A stretch of 64,000 nucleotides of DNA, taken from positions 47,057 through 111,056 of the IMG/VR virus record IMGVR_UViG_3300036820_000005; one strand, 5' to 3'. This stretch comes from a virus. Under the pieces are notes generated by a model. The model was given only the letters and a program-made list of their open reading frames with translations, did not search any database and was not told the DNA's origin. The position numbers were made by a program, and so were the translations under genes. Shown here piece by piece: positions 61,609 through 64,000 of the stretch; position 1 is the stretch's first letter; each line of letters opens with the position of its first letter.

Positions 61609-61705
61609 GCGGCGGCGCCGCGCCGCGCGGTGCCCCCGTCCGCGCGATGCATGCTAAGCACGCGGTGCCCCCGTCCGCGTCCAGCTAAGCTGCGGCGCCG
61701 CCGCG
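61609..61705. repeat. Inverted repeat enclosing a 19-nt direct repeat
   Basis: GCGGCGGCGCCGC/GCGGCGCCGCCGC; CGCGGTGCCCCCGTCCGCG at 61626 and 61661. Confidence 0.7.
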
Positions 61706-61943
61706 GCCCATTTTCATGGGTTTCTGCCACTGTTCTTCCTTATGCTCTTCCTCACTTGTCTTCCTTGTGCTCTTCCTCGCTTGTCTAGCCCGCGTCCGCC
61801 CCCGGGCCGCAGCCCCGTGCCTGCCAACCGCTTCCACGTCCTCCGGGCGCTTCCCCCGTCAGCCCCATCTGCCCCTGCGGTCACTCAGGTTCCAGGCAGG
61901 TGCGCAACGATGTAAGGATGTAGCGGCTATAACCGCCACGTAT

Positions 61944-62540
61944 TTACATCGTTGCGGTCGGACGGGTGCGCGAAGGGCGCTCCGGTCCGGCATCCTCGCT
62001 GTGTTCCCAGTCCCAGTCCCCGTCCGCCGCGGTGCGTTCCCGGTACTGCTCGTCAAGTTCCGCCGCGAGCCGGAGCAGGGCGGGCACGGCGTTGGTCAGG
62101 ACCTGCAGGTCGCCGGCTGGCAGCCGGTCGAGCGCCCCGGCGGCCAGGTCCGCGCGCAGGTCGCGCCATTCCGCTATCCGCTGTGTGGCCTTGTCGGTCA
62201 CCGTGAGCCGGACCGAACGTCCGTCGGAAACCGCCCGGCCCCGATTGAGCAGGCCCTCGGCGGTCAGCCTGCCCACCAGCGTGCTGACGGTGTTGGGCGC
62301 GAGCCGCAGCTCATGCGCGGCGTCGGCGACGCTGATGCCTGGCCTGGCCGCGGCCAGCCTGAGCAGTTCGGACTGAGCCGGTGCCAGCGGCTGCTGCTGC
62401 CAGGCGCCGCGCGCCGCCCGGCGGGCAATCCGCCGGATGGCGCTGACCGCGGCCAGCAGATCCGCCGCGAGGGTCTGCGAGCCCCCAGATCGCGTCGCCC
62501 GCGGCGACGCGCCAAATATGTCGTTCACAGAGCTAATCAT
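61944..62540 (-). CDS. MarR family transcriptional regulator (host)
   Basis: wHTH LAPNTVSTLVGRL...GLL-x-R...DGRSVRL-x-x-T; start uncertain. Confidence 0.9.
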   Translation of the reverse strand: MISSVNDIFGASPRATRSGGSQTLAADLLAAVSAIRRIARRAARGAWQQQPLAPAQSELLRLAAARPGISVADAAHELRLAPNTVSTLVGRLTAEGLLNRGRAVSDGRSVRLTVTDKATQRIAEWRDLRADLAAGALDRLPAGDLQVLTNAVPALLRLAAELDEQYRERTAADGDWDWEHSEDAGPERPSRTRPTATM

Positions 62541-62641
62541 AAGCAGCTTCGTCGCAGCTAGTCCCGCATATTCGGGTCCGCCACGGGTAACCGGGTAGAC
62601 ACGGGCATCGCAGCATATAGCAGGTTAAAGAAGGAGGGGCC

Positions 62642-64000
62642 ATGTCCGCAGCCTCCGAGTCGGCGAGCAGCCAGAGCATCCGGAGCCTGATTCCCGCGAG
62701 AATAGACCGGCTTCCATGGTCCCGATTCCACACCAAGCTGGTGATGGCGCTAGGGGTCGCCTGGATCCTGGACGGGCTCGAGATCACGATCGCCGCCAAC
62801 GTCGGCCCGGACCTGACCCTCAAGAGCACGCTGAACATGTCCGCTGGCGGCGTCGCCGACATCGCGACCTGGTACCTGATCGGCGAGATCATCGGCGCCC
62901 TGTTCTTCGGCCAGCTGTCCGACAAGCTCGGGCGGCGGAACCTGTTCGTGATCACGCTCGGCGTCTACCTGATCGGCAGCGGCCTGACCGCGGCCACGCC
63001 CGCGGGCGGTAAATGGTTCATCTTCCTGTACCTCACCCGGGTCATCGCCGGATCGGGCATCGGGGGTGAGTACGCCGCGATCAATTCCGCGATCGACGAG
63101 ATGATCCCGGCGAAATACCGGGGCCGGATCGACCTGGCGGTGAACGGCACCTACTGGGCCGGCGCAATCATCGGCACCGTGGTCACGCTATGGGTGCTGA
63201 ACCACCTGGCCGCCGACTGGGGTTGGCGGATCGCCTACCTGGTCGGCCCCGTGCTTGCGCTTGTCATCATCTTCGTCCGCCGCAACCTGCCAGAAAGCCC
63301 TCGATGGCAGATCATGCACGGCCGCCAGGAGGCAGCCGAGGTGTCGATCGCCGAGATCGAAGCCGACGTGGAGAAGACCAAGGGCGCGATTCCGCCGGTG
63401 GACCCGAGCAGGGCAATCGACATCATACCGGCCGCGCAGATTGGCTACCTGGCTTTGCTGCGCGTGCTGTTCTCGCATTACCCGGGGCGCTCGGTGCTCG
63501 GCGCGGCGCTGATGATCACCCAGTCGTTCCTCTACAACGCGATCTTCTTTACCTCCGGCCTGGTGCTCGAGTTCTTTTTCCACGTCAAGGCCACCGATAC
63601 CGGCTACTACTTCTTCGCCTTCGCGGTCGGGAACCTGGCAGGCCCGCTGACGATCGGGCGGCTGTTCGACACCGTGGGCCGGAAGATCATGATCTCCAGC
63701 ACGTACATCGTCTCCGGCATCATGCTGGCGGTGACCGCCCAATTGTTCAAGGACAACGTGCTAAACGCGACCACCCAGACCGTGGCCTGGGGGGTGATCT
63801 TCTTCTTCGCCTCCGCGGGCGCGAGCGCCGCCTACCTGACCGTCAGCGAGGTCTTCCCGCTGGAGGTACGGGCGAAGGCAATCGCGGTCTTCTTCGCGAT
63901 CGCCCAGCTCTTCGGCACGCTCGGCTCGCACTGGTACGGCCACCTGATCGGTACCGGCCACGACAGGAACTCGCTCTACGCCGGCTACCTGGTCGGGGCG
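62642..64000 (+). CDS. MFS transporter (host; runs off the window)
   Basis: AAGGAGG RBS; RIDRLPWSRFH, G-x-LSDKLGRR, GGEYAA, PESPRW. Confidence 0.92.
   Translation, partial: MSAASESASSQSIRSLIPARIDRLPWSRFHTKLVMALGVAWILDGLEITIAANVGPDLTLKSTLNMSAGGVADIATWYLIGEIIGALFFGQLSDKLGRRNLFVITLGVYLIGSGLTAATPAGGKWFIFLYLTRVIAGSGIGGEYAAINSAIDEMIPAKYRGRIDLAVNGTYWAGAIIGTVVTLWVLNHLAADWGWRIAYLVGPVLALVIIFVRRNLPESPRWQIMHGRQEAAEVSIAEIEADVEKTKGAIPPVDPSRAIDIIPAAQIGYLALLRVLFSHYPGRSVLGAALMITQSFLYNAIFFTSGLVLEFFFHVKATDTGYYFFAFAVGNLAGPLTIGRLFDTVGRKIMISSTYIVSGIMLAVTAQLFKDNVLNATTQTVAWGVIFFFASAGASAAYLTVSEVFPLEVRAKAIAVFFAIAQLFGTLGSHWYGHLIGTGHDRNSLYAGYLVGA

Noticed and set aside
61716-62561. Plus-strand 281-aa ORF and 61455..61688
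   Set aside because: The first is antisense to the MarR gene; the second spans repeats and the att-like region with no coding signal

Overview
Very GC-rich DNA (roughly 70% by eye) that looks actinomycete. Bases 1 to ~61.5 kb are the middle and right part of a siphovirus-like prophage, almost all on the + strand. Integrase, repressor and replication genes are not in the window. Host genes (MarR regulator, MFS transporter) start at ~61.9 kb. Order: (i) ~45 short, translationally coupled early genes joined by stereotyped RBS-stop-start junction repeats (0-15.2 kb); (ii) late genes with two long AGAGTL-repeat fibre-like proteins placed before the terminase; (iii) TerL, portal-MuF, protease/scaffold, capsid; (iv) a late operon ParB-ParB-(ABC ATPase+GNAT)-PanD-CoA transferase; (v) tail, tape measure, a K+-channel-like gene, lysis genes and a probable attR. 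The operon in (iv) is the best candidate for an undescribed system: I infer it makes beta-alanyl-CoA and acylates phage DNA. Three accessory islands carry five copies of a ~95-bp AT-rich promoter module, and two of these islands contain five covarying mini-tRNA-like (acceptor-like stem + T-arm) elements. A CTGCCAC-N9-NANNNT motif recurs nine times in front of late transcription units. All family assignments come from motifs recognised by eye; no searches were run.
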